A stretch of 64,000 nucleotides of DNA from Myxococcota bacterium (GTDB taxonomy: Bacteria; Myxococcota_A; UBA796; CAJQPC01). Of this stretch, positions 1 through 10,158 are shown piece after piece; within the stretch, counting starts at the first letter, position 1; every line of letters starts with the position of its first letter. Position numbers and translations under genes: made by a program. The stretch is taken from positions 1 to 64,000 of the forward strand of contig DASCPX010000246.1 in assembly GCA_036012755.1 (NCBI GenBank), written 5' to 3'. The notes beneath the pieces are model-generated. The model saw only the letters and a list, made by a program, of their open reading frames with translations. It was not told the origin of the DNA and did not search any database.

Positions 1-2153
1 CGGGCTGGGACACAGGCGACACGGGCTGGGACACGGACGACACAGGCTGGGACACAGGCTGGGACACAGGCTGGGACACAGGCTGGGACACAGGCTGGGA
101 CACGGGCTGGGACACGGGCTGGGACACGGGCGACACAGGCTGGGACTCCGGCTGGGACTCCGGCTGGGACTCCGGCTGGGACTCCGGCAAGATGGCCCAG
201 GACGACGAACCGGGCGGCCCGGGCGCTCGCGGTGGCCCTCCCTACACCGTCTACGCTTGCGACGAGCCGAGCGGCTACGCCGACAACGACCTCGATTGCA
301 ACGACACCGACGGCGCGATCAACCCCGACGGACTCGAGACCTGTGACAGCGTCGACAACGACTGCGACGGCGAGATCGACGGGCCGAGCAGCCTCGACGC
401 GACCACGCTCTACCACGACGACGACAGCGACGGCTTCGGCGACCCCGACGACAGCCTCACGGACTGCAGCCATCCCTCGGACTACGTGACGGACAACACC
501 GACTGCGACGACACGCAGGACGACGTGAACCCCGACGCCACCGAGTACTGCGACGAGGAGGACGACGACTGCGACGGCACGATCGACGAGGACGACTCGG
601 TGGACGCCGAGACCTGGTACGTCGACAACGACAGCGACGGCTTCGGAAACGCCTCCACCACCATGCAGTCCTGCTCCCAGCCGAGTGGCTACGTCAGTGA
701 CGCCACCGACTGCGACGACACGGCCTACTCCACGAACCCGGACGCCGACGAGATCTGCGAAGACAGCGCCGACAACGACTGCGACGGAACCCTCGACGAG
801 TGCGCCATAACCGGCGACCTCGACGCTTCGACCGACGCCGAGGCGATCCTCCTCGGCGGCATGGCCAACGACAACGCGGGGACCGCCGTGGCCGGGGTCG
901 GTGACCTGGACGACGACGGCAACGACGACATCGCCATCGGGGCCCCCTACTACGACGACGGCAGCGGAAACAATCTCGGCATCGTCTACCTGATGTACGG
1001 CAGCGTCTCTGGGACCAAGACGCTCTCGACCGACTCCGACGCCCGACGCACCGGCGCCAGCGCCCTGGCGCGCTTCGGCGGGTCGATCGCTGGACTGGGG
1101 GACATCGACTCCGACGGCTTCGATGACGTCGTCGTCGGCTCCCCCTACGCCGACGACACCGACACCAACGCCGGCATGGCCTACATCATGAGCGGTCCGA
1201 TCACAGGCGCCACCAGCATCAGCGGCGAGACGATGGCCGGTGACCACAGCTACGCCTACTTCGGGTTCGCTGTGGCAGGCTGCGACTTCTCCCAGGACAG
1301 CGTGCCGGACGCCATCATCGGCGCGCCTGGCATGACCAATGACGACGACACCAACCCGGGCTCGGTCTTCGTCTACGCGGGACCCGTGACCAGCGGCAGC
1401 GACGCTGACAATGCCGCCACCCAGCTCGACGGACGCTCGGACGAGGACGAGGCCGGCCACGCGGTGGCCTGTGTCTCCGACAACGACGGCGACGGCTACC
1501 CCGATCTCGTCGTCGGAGCCCACTACTTCGGCAACGACGCCGGAACTGCCTACGTCGTCCACGGTCCGGCGACGGGCAACGCAGACCTCGATGACTTCGT
1601 GGGTCTCTCGGCAGTCGCCTCGGAGGATCTCATGGGCCACTCGGTCGCTGACGCCGGTGACTGGGACGGCGACGGCTACGGGGACTTCTTCGTCGGCGCG
1701 CCCTACGCAGACGGCGGGGCCAGCGAAGGTGGCGAGACCTACCTGCTCCTCGGCCCGACCACGAGCGACCAGAGCGTCACCACCGCGGACATCACCATCG
1801 AGGGCGCGAACGCGAGCGACTTCTCCGGCTGGTCGGTGGCCAGCGGCTTCGACAGCGACGACGACGGCAACATCGACGTGGTCATCGGTGCCTACGGAAA
1901 CGACGACGCCTCGGCCACAGCTGGCGCCGCATACCTCTTCTACGGCCCGCTCTCGAGTGGGACGTGGAGCGTCGGCAGCGCAGACGCGACCATCACGGGC
2001 TCGTCCGCCAGCGGCCAGTTGGGCTACGCGGTCTCGAGCGCCGGCGACACCGACGGCGACGGCTTCGACGACCTCTTGCTGGGTGCGCGACGCGACAGCA
2101 CGACCGACACCTACGCAGGCGCCGTCTACCTCTTCATGGGCGATACGCGATGA
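1..2153 (+). CDS. Large exported acidic protein with MopE-like (Asp/Cys) putative metal-binding repeats and a C-terminal FG-GAP/integrin-alpha-like beta-propeller; 5'-truncated by the window edge
   Basis: The frame of ORF 192..2153 stays open back to base 3 (GWDT/GWDS repeats). It has repeated DCDD..NP.A.E.CD..DNDCDG and WY.D.D.DGFG motifs, and FG-GAP units (GDLDDDGNDDIAIGAPY, GDTDGDGFDDLLLGA). Confidence 0.85.
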   Translation, partial: GWDTGDTGWDTDDTGWDTGWDTGWDTGWDTGWDTGWDTGWDTGDTGWDSGWDSGWDSGWDSGKMAQDDEPGGPGARGGPPYTVYACDEPSGYADNDLDCNDTDGAINPDGLETCDSVDNDCDGEIDGPSSLDATTLYHDDDSDGFGDPDDSLTDCSHPSDYVTDNTDCDDTQDDVNPDATEYCDEEDDDCDGTIDEDDSVDAETWYVDNDSDGFGNASTTMQSCSQPSGYVSDATDCDDTAYSTNPDADEICEDSADNDCDGTLDECAITGDLDASTDAEAILLGGMANDNAGTAVAGVGDLDDDGNDDIAIGAPYYDDGSGNNLGIVYLMYGSVSGTKTLSTDSDARRTGASALARFGGSIAGLGDIDSDGFDDVVVGSPYADDTDTNAGMAYIMSGPITGATSISGETMAGDHSYAYFGFAVAGCDFSQDSVPDAIIGAPGMTNDDDTNPGSVFVYAGPVTSGSDADNAATQLDGRSDEDEAGHAVACVSDNDGDGYPDLVVGAHYFGNDAGTAYVVHGPATGNADLDDFVGLSAVASEDLMGHSVADAGDWDGDGYGDFFVGAPYADGGASEGGETYLLLGPTTSDQSVTTADITIEGANASDFSGWSVASGFDSDDDGNIDVVIGAYGNDDASATAGAAYLFYGPLSSGTWSVGSADATITGSSASGQLGYAVSSAGDTDGDGFDDLLLGARRDSTTDTYAGAVYLFMGDTR
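3..185 (+). repeat. In-frame 12-bp tandem repeat GGCTGGGAC(ACA/ACG/TCC) encoding (GWDT)x9 and (GWDS)x4, with three 9-bp GDT/DDT interruptions
   Basis: Units read directly: starts at 3, 24, 45, 57, 69, 81, 93, 105, 117 (GWDT) and 138, 150, 162, 174 (GWDS). Confidence 0.95.
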
Positions 2154-2572
2154 AGCGGGTCCTTGCCGGCGTCGCCCTGGGACTGGTCTGCGGGGCGGCG
2201 CTGGCGACCCAGACGCGTGCCCCCAGCGTCGTCGCGCTCGCCGACGCACAGGTCCGCGAGCCACCGAGCAAGAAGGCCTCCATCACCCTGCTGGCCCAAG
2301 GTGAGGAGGCCTTCCTCGGCAAGCTCACCCTGGCCCCAGGCGGCAAAGTCACCCAGCATCGGGACCCCACAGAGGAGTACATCCACGTCCTCGAAGGAAG
2401 CGGCGTCATCACCATCGACGGCGTCGAGCACACCCTGTCGCCTGGCCACACCGTCTACATGCCGGCGAACGCAGAGGTCAGCTACCAAAACGGCGACGAC
2501 GTGCTCGTGGCGTTTCAGGTCTTCGCTGGCCCAAAGAGCGCGGACAAGTACGACGCGTGGGGGACGCGCTAG
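2150..2572 (+). CDS. Exported cupin-domain protein
   Basis: ATG at 2150 overlaps the upstream TGA. Signal peptide MKRVLAGVALGLVCGAALA. Cupin motifs HRDPTEEYIHVLEGSG and LSPGHTVYMPAN. Confidence 0.85.
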   Translation: MKRVLAGVALGLVCGAALATQTRAPSVVALADAQVREPPSKKASITLLAQGEEAFLGKLTLAPGGKVTQHRDPTEEYIHVLEGSGVITIDGVEHTLSPGHTVYMPANAEVSYQNGDDVLVAFQVFAGPKSADKYDAWGTR

Positions 2573-2581
2573 AAGGACGCG

Positions 2582-5014
2582 CTAGAAGAAGGAGCCGATC
2601 GAGAAGTCGAAGACGCTGGTGCGCTCGTCCTCGTAGGGGGCGATGGGGAAGCCCCACTCGAAGCGGAGGGGGCCGATGGGGGAGAACCACCGGATACCGA
2701 AGCCGTAGCTGTAGCGGAGCCCCGCGACGTTGATGTGCTCCTCGTCGTAGGGGCCGTTGAAGGCGTTGCCCGCGTCGAAGAAGACCACCGCGGAGATGCC
2801 AGCGGCCTTGATGATCGGTGACTCCAGCTCGAAGTTGTTGATCCAGGTCTCGGTGCCGCCGACGATGAGGCGGTCGTCAGCGTGGGTCGGGTCGTCGGAC
2901 TGGAGGTTGCGGAGGCTCGGGCCGAGGCTGTACCAGTTGTAGCCGCGCACGGAGTTGATGCCGCCAGCCCGATAGCGGTGGATGTAGGGCACGACCGAGC
3001 CGTCGGTGGACTGGATGTGGCCCAGCGTCGTGTTGAAGCGGAAGATCAGGATGTCCTTGCCCGGGATGACCGGCTGGAACCACCGCACGTTCATGCGGTT
3101 CTCCCAGAGGTTGAACTGGCCGCCGAGCACGTTCACGACATCGTCGGTGTCACCGATACGGAAGCCGCCCGAGAGCTCGGAGCTGGCCGAGGCATAGAGG
3201 CCCTTCGTCGCCTTGATCCGGTTGTCGCGCTTGTCGACGTTGAGGTTCAGGCCCACGGTGGAGGTCAGGCCGTTGCGGTAGAGCTGACCACCGAAGAGGT
3301 GGGCCTGGTAGGGCGTGATGCGGGTGAGCCCGACGTCCTCCAGCGTGTAGTTCACGGTCAGGCGCCAGTCGTCCCGCCGATCGAGGTAGCGACCGACCGC
3401 GACTCCCCCACCCCGCTGGTACTGGTCCTCGACGTACTGCTGGCTGATGCTGAAGCCATCGACCTTGAGCGTCCAGCGCGTGTCGAGCAGGTAGGGATCG
3501 AAGAAGGACAGGTTCCACTGCTGGCGCAGGCTGGACCAGTTGATCGCGGCGTTCATGATGTAGCCGAGACCCAGGAAGTTCTGCTTGCTGACAGAGCCCG
3601 TGAGCACGAAGTTCTCGAGGTTCGAGAACCCCATGCCGACCGAGAAGCTGCCCGTGGGCTGTTCGACCACGTCGACGTTCATGTCGAGCACGTCCGCGGA
3701 CGCCCCCCGAGGAGTCGTGATGCGGACCTCCTCGAAGAAGCCGAGGCGCTCGAGGCGCTGGCGGGACTCGCGGATCTGGCTGCCGTTGTAGATCTCCCCT
3801 TCGTTGATGGGGATCTCCCGGCGGACGACCTTGTCCCAGGTCGGATCGTTGCCTGTGATGTTGATGCGCCCGATGCGGACCTTCTCTCCCCTGCTGATGA
3901 GGAAGGTCACGTCGACGACCTCGCTCTCGGGGTCGGTCCGGGTGTCCGGGTAGACGTTCACGAAGGCGTAGCCCTGGTCCCCATAGAGATCAGAGATGCG
4001 CTGCATCGTCAGCTGGACGTCCGAGAGCTTGAACCAGTCGCCGGTCTCCAAGGGCTGCGCGGCGCTGCTGTCGGCCGAGTAGTCGAAGAGCCGCCGCAGG
4101 CGAGGCAGGCGCCGGGCCTTCTCGTCCTGGACCTCCTTGACCGTCTCGCCACGCACGAGCCGCATCACGGCGTCCTCTGTGAGGCCCTCTTCCTCGACCC
4201 ACTCGCCGTCCGTGCGGAGGTGGCCGAGCTTGTAGCGCTTGCCCTCGTCGACGTGCACCGAGATGTAGATGTAGCGCTTGTCCGGGGAGAGGTAGACCTT
4301 TGGCTCGCCGATGGTGGCGTCGACGTAGCCCTCCTCCAGGTACACCGACTTGATGATCATGATGTCGGCGTCGAGGGCCTCCCAGTTGAAGGTGCCCGAA
4401 GAGGTCAGCCAGGGCGCGATGCCCCCCTCGCGGGTCTGGAGGAAGCGCTTGATCTTCCGGTCGGGGACGCCCTCGTTGCCCGTGATGTCGATGCTCTGGA
4501 CGATGACCTTGCGGTTCTCGACGATGTCGAAGGTGAGCTCGACGAGGTCGTCTCCGACCTCTGTCAGGTTCGGGTCGACCTCTGCGAGGAAGTAGCCCTT
4601 CTCGACGTAGAGGTCGCGGATGCGCTGCTGGTTCAGCGCTATGTCCGTGTCGTTGAGGACTGAGTACGGCGTGATGTCGATGACCTCGCGCAGATCGTCC
4701 TCGTCGACCTTCTTGTTGCCAGCGACGAGGACCTCGCGGACCGCGGGGTTCTCCTCGACGAGGAAGGTGACGATGACACCACCGGCCACGTCCGCGTCGG
4801 CGACGTCGACCTGGACATCCTCGAAGAAGCCCGTGCGGTAGACGGACTTGATGTCGCGGCGGATCTTCCAGGGCGCGAGGGTCTCGCCCTCCTGGAGCTG
4901 GACGGCGGCCAGCACCGCGGCGTCCTCGATGCGCTTGTTGCCCTCGACGCGGAGGTCCTTCACGGTCCCCGACTGCGCCAGGGCGATCCAGAAGGCGAGC
5001 AGGAGGTGAATCAC
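2582..5014 (-). CDS. bamA: Outer membrane protein assembly factor BamA
   Basis: POTRA repeats (VEGNKRIE, ITGN), VRGY motif, SPIGPLRFEWG, C-terminal Phe. Confidence 0.97.
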   Translation of the reverse strand: MIHLLLAFWIALAQSGTVKDLRVEGNKRIEDAAVLAAVQLQEGETLAPWKIRRDIKSVYRTGFFEDVQVDVADADVAGGVIVTFLVEENPAVREVLVAGNKKVDEDDLREVIDITPYSVLNDTDIALNQQRIRDLYVEKGYFLAEVDPNLTEVGDDLVELTFDIVENRKVIVQSIDITGNEGVPDRKIKRFLQTREGGIAPWLTSSGTFNWEALDADIMIIKSVYLEEGYVDATIGEPKVYLSPDKRYIYISVHVDEGKRYKLGHLRTDGEWVEEEGLTEDAVMRLVRGETVKEVQDEKARRLPRLRRLFDYSADSSAAQPLETGDWFKLSDVQLTMQRISDLYGDQGYAFVNVYPDTRTDPESEVVDVTFLISRGEKVRIGRINITGNDPTWDKVVRREIPINEGEIYNGSQIRESRQRLERLGFFEEVRITTPRGASADVLDMNVDVVEQPTGSFSVGMGFSNLENFVLTGSVSKQNFLGLGYIMNAAINWSSLRQQWNLSFFDPYLLDTRWTLKVDGFSISQQYVEDQYQRGGGVAVGRYLDRRDDWRLTVNYTLEDVGLTRITPYQAHLFGGQLYRNGLTSTVGLNLNVDKRDNRIKATKGLYASASSELSGGFRIGDTDDVVNVLGGQFNLWENRMNVRWFQPVIPGKDILIFRFNTTLGHIQSTDGSVVPYIHRYRAGGINSVRGYNWYSLGPSLRNLQSDDPTHADDRLIVGGTETWINNFELESPIIKAAGISAVVFFDAGNAFNGPYDEEHINVAGLRYSYGFGIRWFSPIGPLRFEWGFPIAPYEDERTSVFDFSIGSFF

Positions 5015-5724
5015 GTCCGCTCCACCAGCCCACCGTCGACGACCTCGAAGCGGCGAGCGAAGCGCTGGGCGAGAGCGTCCGCGTGGGTCACGACCACCAG
5101 CGTGCTGCCGTGCTCCTGGTTGAGCTCGAGCAACAGCTCGAAGACGGTCTCGGCGGTCTTCGGGTCGAGGTTTCCGGTCGGTTCGTCAGCGAGGAGCAGG
5201 CCCGGATCCATCACGAGAGCGCGTGCGATCGCCACGCGCTGCTGTTCACCCCCCGAGAGCTCGGAAGGGTAGTGCGTCAGCCGCTGGCCGAGCCCGACCC
5301 GCTCCAAGCGTGCCTGCGCGACCGACAGCGCTTCTTCGGTGGAGGTGCCCTGGATGATGAGCGGCAGCGCGACGTTCCCCTGGGCGGTCTGGTCTGGCAG
5401 CAGGTGGTGAAACTGGAAGACGAAGCCGATGCGGCGGTTCCGCAGACGGTCGACCTCTCGCTCCGGGAGCCGGAAGACCTTGCGGTCGTCCAGCAGGACC
5501 AGCCCCGATGTGGGTCGGTCCAGGGTGCCCAGTATCTGCAGGAAGGTGCTCTTGCCAGAGCCGGAGGGCCCGACGATGGCGACGGCGTCACCCGGTTCCA
5601 GCAGGAGATCGACCCCCTTGAGGACCTCGATGAGGCGACCGCCCTTCTGGAAGTTCTTGACGAGGTCCATGACCTCGACCCGGGCCCCCACGCGGACCTC
5701 GTTCTTCTGGAGCAGCTCATTCAC
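5011..5724 (-). CDS. lolD: Lipoprotein-releasing ABC transporter ATP-binding protein
   Basis: GPSGSGKS, LSGGEQQRVAIARAL, ADEPTGNLD and GFVFQFHHLL; adjacent to a LolC/E permease. Confidence 0.93.
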   Translation of the reverse strand: MNELLQKNEVRVGARVEVMDLVKNFQKGGRLIEVLKGVDLLLEPGDAVAIVGPSGSGKSTFLQILGTLDRPTSGLVLLDDRKVFRLPEREVDRLRNRRIGFVFQFHHLLPDQTAQGNVALPLIIQGTSTEEALSVAQARLERVGLGQRLTHYPSELSGGEQQRVAIARALVMDPGLLLADEPTGNLDPKTAETVFELLLELNQEHGSTLVVVTHADALAQRFARRFEVVDGGLVERT

Positions 5725-7018
5725 CGCGGAGGCCCTCGACGGGGTTCAACGAGGCCGCTCGTATCGCGGGGTAGAGGGTGGCGAGGAAGCAGATCACCAC
5801 GGCGCTGACGGCGACGATCGCGACCATGACCGGCTCGATCTCCACCGGAAGGGTGTCGAGGTAGTAGACGTCGGTGTTCAGCGGGTAGCCATAGGTCTCG
5901 AGGAACCAGCAGCCGGCGAGCCCGAGCGTCGTGCCGATGCAGCCACCGACGAGCCCGATGAGCACGCCCTCGGTCATGAAGATCGCGAGGATCTGCCGCC
6001 TGGTGGCGCCCATCGCCTTCATGATGGCGATCTCGCGACCCTTCGTGAGCACCACGAGGATCATCGTGCCGACGATGTTCAGCGAGGCGACGCTGACGAT
6101 GAGGCTCAGGATGAGCCCCATGACCACCTTCTCGAGCTTCAGCGCGTCGAAGAGGTTGCGGTTCAGGTTCTTCCAGTGCCGCGTGTAGTACGGGTACTGG
6201 AGCTCGCTCTCGATTGCCAGCGCGACCGGGTCGACGTCGTAGATGTCCTCGACCGTGACCTCGAGCCCGGTCACGGCGTCGCCCATCTTCAGAAGCTCCT
6301 GGGCGTCTTCGATGGTGATGTAGGTCCACTTCGTGTCGTACTCGTACATGCCCGAGTAGTAGATCCCGGCGACGCGGAAGGGCTTCACAGAGGGCAGCGG
6401 CGTGCCGAAGGGCCCGATGCCGTTGCCCAGCGGGTTGATGATGTGGACCTTGTCTCCCACGAAGACCTTGAGGCTGTGGGCGAGCTCCTCGCCGATCAGG
6501 ATGCCGGGGATCTCGTCGGTGTCGTCTTCGTCCTGCAGGAAGCTCCGCTGCGGGCTGCCGAGCGCGTCCAGGATTGCCTGGCGCTCCAAGTCGCTCGACG
6601 GCGCACCGTCGGGGCCCATGATGAGGTTCTTCGAAAGGTCGACGACGTCCCTGACCAGGGTCGTGTCGATGCCCTTGACGATCACCCCCTCGCCGGAGGA
6701 GTGCTCCGACTTGACCATCATCTCCGTGTAGATGAAGGGCGCGGCGCCGACGACCCCGTCGACCTCGGCGGCGGTCTCGGTGGCGCTCAGGTAGTCCTCG
6801 ATCGGCGCCCCGTAGCGGAGGACGACGATGTGGGCGTTGCTGCCGAGGATCTTGTCGCGCAGGTCGATCTCGAAGCCCGCCATCACCGAGAGCACGATGA
6901 TGAGCGCGCACACGCCGATGGTCACGCCCAGCGTGGAGATGGCCGTGATGGCGGAGACACCCAGCTCCTGGCTGCGTCCACGAAGGTGGGACAGTGCGAT
7001 GACAACGGCGAAACGCAA
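5717..7018 (-). CDS. lolE: Lipoprotein-releasing ABC transporter permease LolC/E
   Basis: IGVCALIIVLSVMAGF, GMYEYD, REIAIMKAMGA and ATLYPAIRAASLNPVEGLR: FtsX/MacB-type architecture. Confidence 0.92.
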   Translation of the reverse strand: MRFAVVIALSHLRGRSQELGVSAITAISTLGVTIGVCALIIVLSVMAGFEIDLRDKILGSNAHIVVLRYGAPIEDYLSATETAAEVDGVVGAAPFIYTEMMVKSEHSSGEGVIVKGIDTTLVRDVVDLSKNLIMGPDGAPSSDLERQAILDALGSPQRSFLQDEDDTDEIPGILIGEELAHSLKVFVGDKVHIINPLGNGIGPFGTPLPSVKPFRVAGIYYSGMYEYDTKWTYITIEDAQELLKMGDAVTGLEVTVEDIYDVDPVALAIESELQYPYYTRHWKNLNRNLFDALKLEKVVMGLILSLIVSVASLNIVGTMILVVLTKGREIAIMKAMGATRRQILAIFMTEGVLIGLVGGCIGTTLGLAGCWFLETYGYPLNTDVYYLDTLPVEIEPVMVAIVAVSAVVICFLATLYPAIRAASLNPVEGLRGE

Positions 7019-7024
7019 GGTCGG

Positions 7025-8521
7025 TCAGTCGCTCTCGGGGCTTCCCTGGGTGCCGAGGGGGCGGCGGGTCGGGAAGAGGATGACCTCGCGGATCGAGGGT
7101 TGGTTGCACAGCAGCATGACGAGGCGGTCGATGCCTATGCCCTCGCCGGCCGTCGGCGGCATTCCGTAGGACAGGGCGCGCACGTAGTCGGCGTCGAAGA
7201 ACATGGCCTCGTCGTCTCCGCCGGCCTTGGCCTCGGCCTGGGCCTGGAACCGAGCCGCCTGGTCCACAGGGTCGTTGAGCTCGCTGAAGCCATTGGCGAT
7301 CTCGGCGCCGGCGACGACGAGCTCGAAGCGGTCGACGACAGAGGGGTCGTCGTCGTTCCGGCGAGACAGCGGGCTGATCTCGGTGGGGAACTGGGTGACG
7401 AAGATCGGGTCCCGGAGGTGGTCCTCGACGAACTCGTCGAAGTAGAGCTCGAACCACTTGCCGATGGTCGTCGGGAGGTCCTCTGCCCCCGGCTTGTGCT
7501 GGAGCCAGCGAGCGCGCAGCTCGTCTGTGTCCCAGGGGTCTGACAGCCCGGCGTGCTCGGCGATGAGCTCGGCCATGGACGCCCGCCGCCAGGGTCGTGA
7601 GAAGTCGAGGGTCTCCTCGCCATGAGGGAGCTCGGTCGTGCCGAGCAGCTCCTCGCAGAGGGTCACGACGAGGTCCTCTGTGAGGTCCATGAGGTCTTCG
7701 TACGTCGCGTGGGCCTGGTACCACTCGAGCATCGTGAACTCGGGGTTGTGCTTCTGCGACAGCCCCTCGTTCCGGAAGTTCTTGTTGATCTCGTAGACGC
7801 GCTCGAGGCCACCGACGACGAGGCGCTTGAGGTAGAGCTCCGGCGCGACGCGCATGTAGAGGTCCAGCGACAAGGCGTTGTGGTGGGTGACGAAGGGCCG
7901 GGCGTTGGCGCCGCCGGGGATCGTCTGCAGCATCGGTGTCTCGACCTCCATGAAGCCGAGATCGTCGAAGTAGCGCCGGATGCGACGGATGATCGAGGAC
8001 CGCAGCTCGAAGGTGCGGCGCACGTCGTCGTTGACGAAGAGGTCGACGTAGCGCATGCGGTGTCGCATGTCCGGATCCGAGAAGCCCTTGTGCTTGTCAG
8101 GCAGCGACTCGATGCACTTCGAGTAGAGCTTGATCTCGGAGAGGCGCAGCGAGAGCTCACCCTTGCGGGTGCGCATGAGCCTGCCCTTGGCCCAGACCCA
8201 GTCGCCGAGGTCGAGCTTCTTCCAGACGGTGTCGAAGGCCGTCTCTCCGATGTCGTTTCGGCGCACGAAGAGCTGGATGCGTCCGGACTGGTCCTGGATG
8301 CGCGCGAAGCCGGCCTTGCCCATCTCGTTCTTGAAGCGCAGGCGCCCGGCCACGACGAAGGTCCGGTCGATGGCCGTGAGCGACTCGTCGTCCTTGTCAC
8401 CTCCGAGAGCGACGACATCTCCCAGCCGGTCGGTGACCGGCAGCCCGCTCGGGTAGGGCGCCACGCCCGCCTCACGCAAGGCGGCGAGCTTCTCGAGCCG
8501 CTTCGGATCGAAGGGGTACAT
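7025..8521 (-). CDS. lysS: Lysine--tRNA ligase (class II)
   Basis: RMRYVDL, GGANARPF, APELYLKRL, FRNEG, HNPEFTMLE, GMPPTAGEGIGIDRL. Confidence 0.98.
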   Translation of the reverse strand: MYPFDPKRLEKLAALREAGVAPYPSGLPVTDRLGDVVALGGDKDDESLTAIDRTFVVAGRLRFKNEMGKAGFARIQDQSGRIQLFVRRNDIGETAFDTVWKKLDLGDWVWAKGRLMRTRKGELSLRLSEIKLYSKCIESLPDKHKGFSDPDMRHRMRYVDLFVNDDVRRTFELRSSIIRRIRRYFDDLGFMEVETPMLQTIPGGANARPFVTHHNALSLDLYMRVAPELYLKRLVVGGLERVYEINKNFRNEGLSQKHNPEFTMLEWYQAHATYEDLMDLTEDLVVTLCEELLGTTELPHGEETLDFSRPWRRASMAELIAEHAGLSDPWDTDELRARWLQHKPGAEDLPTTIGKWFELYFDEFVEDHLRDPIFVTQFPTEISPLSRRNDDDPSVVDRFELVVAGAEIANGFSELNDPVDQAARFQAQAEAKAGGDDEAMFFDADYVRALSYGMPPTAGEGIGIDRLVMLLCNQPSIREVILFPTRRPLGTQGSPESD

Positions 8522-8548
8522 CGACCCGGAACTAACCTGCCGAGTGAA

Positions 8549-9211
8549 TCAGTAGTCGGGAAAAGCGCCCGCGTTGAGGAGGTCGGCGCAGTACTCAGCG
8601 TCGATGGTGCCAGAGATCTCTCCGCTGCCCTGGATGGGTTCGACGACGGTCGGGTAGCTGCCGGCGAACTGGGAGCCCATCGAGACCTCGATGGTGTACC
8701 CGCCGTCTTCGCCGTCGCCCGAAATCGTGGTGTCCCAGGCGGCGGGCGACGAGAGGTACTCGACGCCGGTCCAGAAGTAGTCGTAGTAGGGGCTGCCCTC
8801 GTCACGGGTGCCCCACTCGAAGGCCCCCTCCCCCATCGCGCAGCGCACGGACCAGAAGCCCAGGAGGACCCCGTCCGCGTCCGTGAAGCCGAAGGTCTCA
8901 CCGGGCACGTAGTCGATCGAGGAGTCCTGCGGGTTGATGACCAGCGTGAGGACGCAGTCGCCGCCCTCCCAGATGCCGGCCGGGTCGTGCTCGTCGGCGC
9001 TCGCCGCCAGGTAGGTGCTGACGCTGTCGCAGGTGGCGTCGGGGCTGGAGGCTAAGAACCAGAGCGCGTCGCCGTCGTAGTCGCGCCCGAAGGCCTTGTA
9101 GATGTTGACCTCTGCGGAGGCGTCGTCGGTGGACAGCGAGCCGGTCACCTGGGGATCTTCGGTGGCAGAGTCCCCCGGAACACCCTTGCAAGCCAACAGG
9201 AGCGTGAGCAT
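8549..9211 (-). CDS. Hypothetical acidic lipoprotein
   Basis: ATG at 9211 follows GGAGGT. Lipobox-like N-terminus MLTLLLAC. Upstream extension of the ORF would overlap truB. Confidence 0.7.
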   Translation of the reverse strand: MLTLLLACKGVPGDSATEDPQVTGSLSTDDASAEVNIYKAFGRDYDGDALWFLASSPDATCDSVSTYLAASADEHDPAGIWEGGDCVLTLVINPQDSSIDYVPGETFGFTDADGVLLGFWSVRCAMGEGAFEWGTRDEGSPYYDYFWTGVEYLSSPAAWDTTISGDGEDGGYTIEVSMGSQFAGSYPTVVEPIQGSGEISGTIDAEYCADLLNAGAFPDY

Positions 9212-9231
9212 CGGACCTCCAGTTGGGGAGA

Positions 9232-10158
9232 CTAACCGCCAGCAAGCGACTTCAGGATCCTCCCTCCATCCAGCACCGCTTGGAACTCGCCTTCGTACAG
9301 AGCGACCCACCGCCCAGCAGGCCCCGGGACCAGCTGGCCAAAGCCCAGCTTGCGCTGCTGCTCCGCCGAGAGCTCTCGCGCCGGCAGGTGGCGAAAGGCA
9401 GGCGCCATCGGAGTCGTCCAGGCACCGAGCGCCTCCGCCACCTCCTCCCTTGGCTTCCACTCCAGCCAGTCGGGTGCGTTCCGGTTGCGACGAAAGGCGC
9501 GATCCCAGTCCTCCTGGTCCGTCGCCAGGCGACTGAGGGTCGACAGATCGAGCGCCCCCTCCAGCGAAAACGGCCCGGAACGCAGCCGGCGAAGGGCCAC
9601 GAGGTGACCGACGGTTCCGAGGGACTCCGCGATCTCTGCACCGAGGACGCGGACGTAGGTCCCACGACTGCAGCGGATCCGCACCCGGAGTGCCTCCTCG
9701 CTGGCCTCGAGCACCTCGACTCCGCCGATGGTGATGGGCCGGGGCCGAGCCCGTTTCTCGATGCCGGCCCGAGCGTACTCATAGAGCCTCCTGCCGTCGA
9801 CCTTGACCGCCGAGTAGGCAGGCGGCGTCTGCATGCGCTCCCCGAGGAAGGAGGCGATGACCTCGTCGAGACGAGCCAGCTCGGGCGGCCCCGCCGACTC
9901 CACGACCGACCCCTCTGGATCCCCCGTGGTCGTCGACGAGCCGAAGGCGATCGTGGCGTCGTAGACCTTCTCCGACTCGTCCAGGAACTGGATGAAGCGG
10001 GTCGCGCGACCAAGCGCCAGCGGCAGCACCCCCGTGGCAAAGGGGTCCAGGGTGCCTGTGTGACCGGCCTTTTCGCCCGTCACCGAGCGCAGGATGCGGA
10101 CGATGTCGTGAGAGGTCACCCCGACCGGCTTGTCGACGACGACAAAGGCGGGGCTCAC
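9232..10158 (-). CDS. truB: tRNA pseudouridine(55) synthase
   Basis: DKPVGVTSHD, GHTGTLDPFATG, PPAYSAVKVDG, CSRGTYVR. GTG start overlaps the rbfA stop. Confidence 0.96.
   Translation of the reverse strand: MSPAFVVVDKPVGVTSHDIVRILRSVTGEKAGHTGTLDPFATGVLPLALGRATRFIQFLDESEKVYDATIAFGSSTTTGDPEGSVVESAGPPELARLDEVIASFLGERMQTPPAYSAVKVDGRRLYEYARAGIEKRARPRPITIGGVEVLEASEEALRVRIRCSRGTYVRVLGAEIAESLGTVGHLVALRRLRSGPFSLEGALDLSTLSRLATDQEDWDRAFRRNRNAPDWLEWKPREEVAEALGAWTTPMAPAFRHLPARELSAEQQRKLGFGQLVPGPAGRWVALYEGEFQAVLDGGRILKSLAGG

Noticed and set aside
3..185. Possible CRISPR array or telomere-like repeat
   Set aside because: The units are contiguous 12-mers with no unique spacers, they are in frame with the downstream CDS, and no cas genes are present.
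2882..9055. Long + strand ORFs (2882-4663, 5429-7543, 7622-9055) and similar ORFs elsewhere
   Set aside because: They are antisense or alternate-frame shadows of bamA, lolDE and lysS, expected in high-GC DNA, and carry no recognisable motifs.
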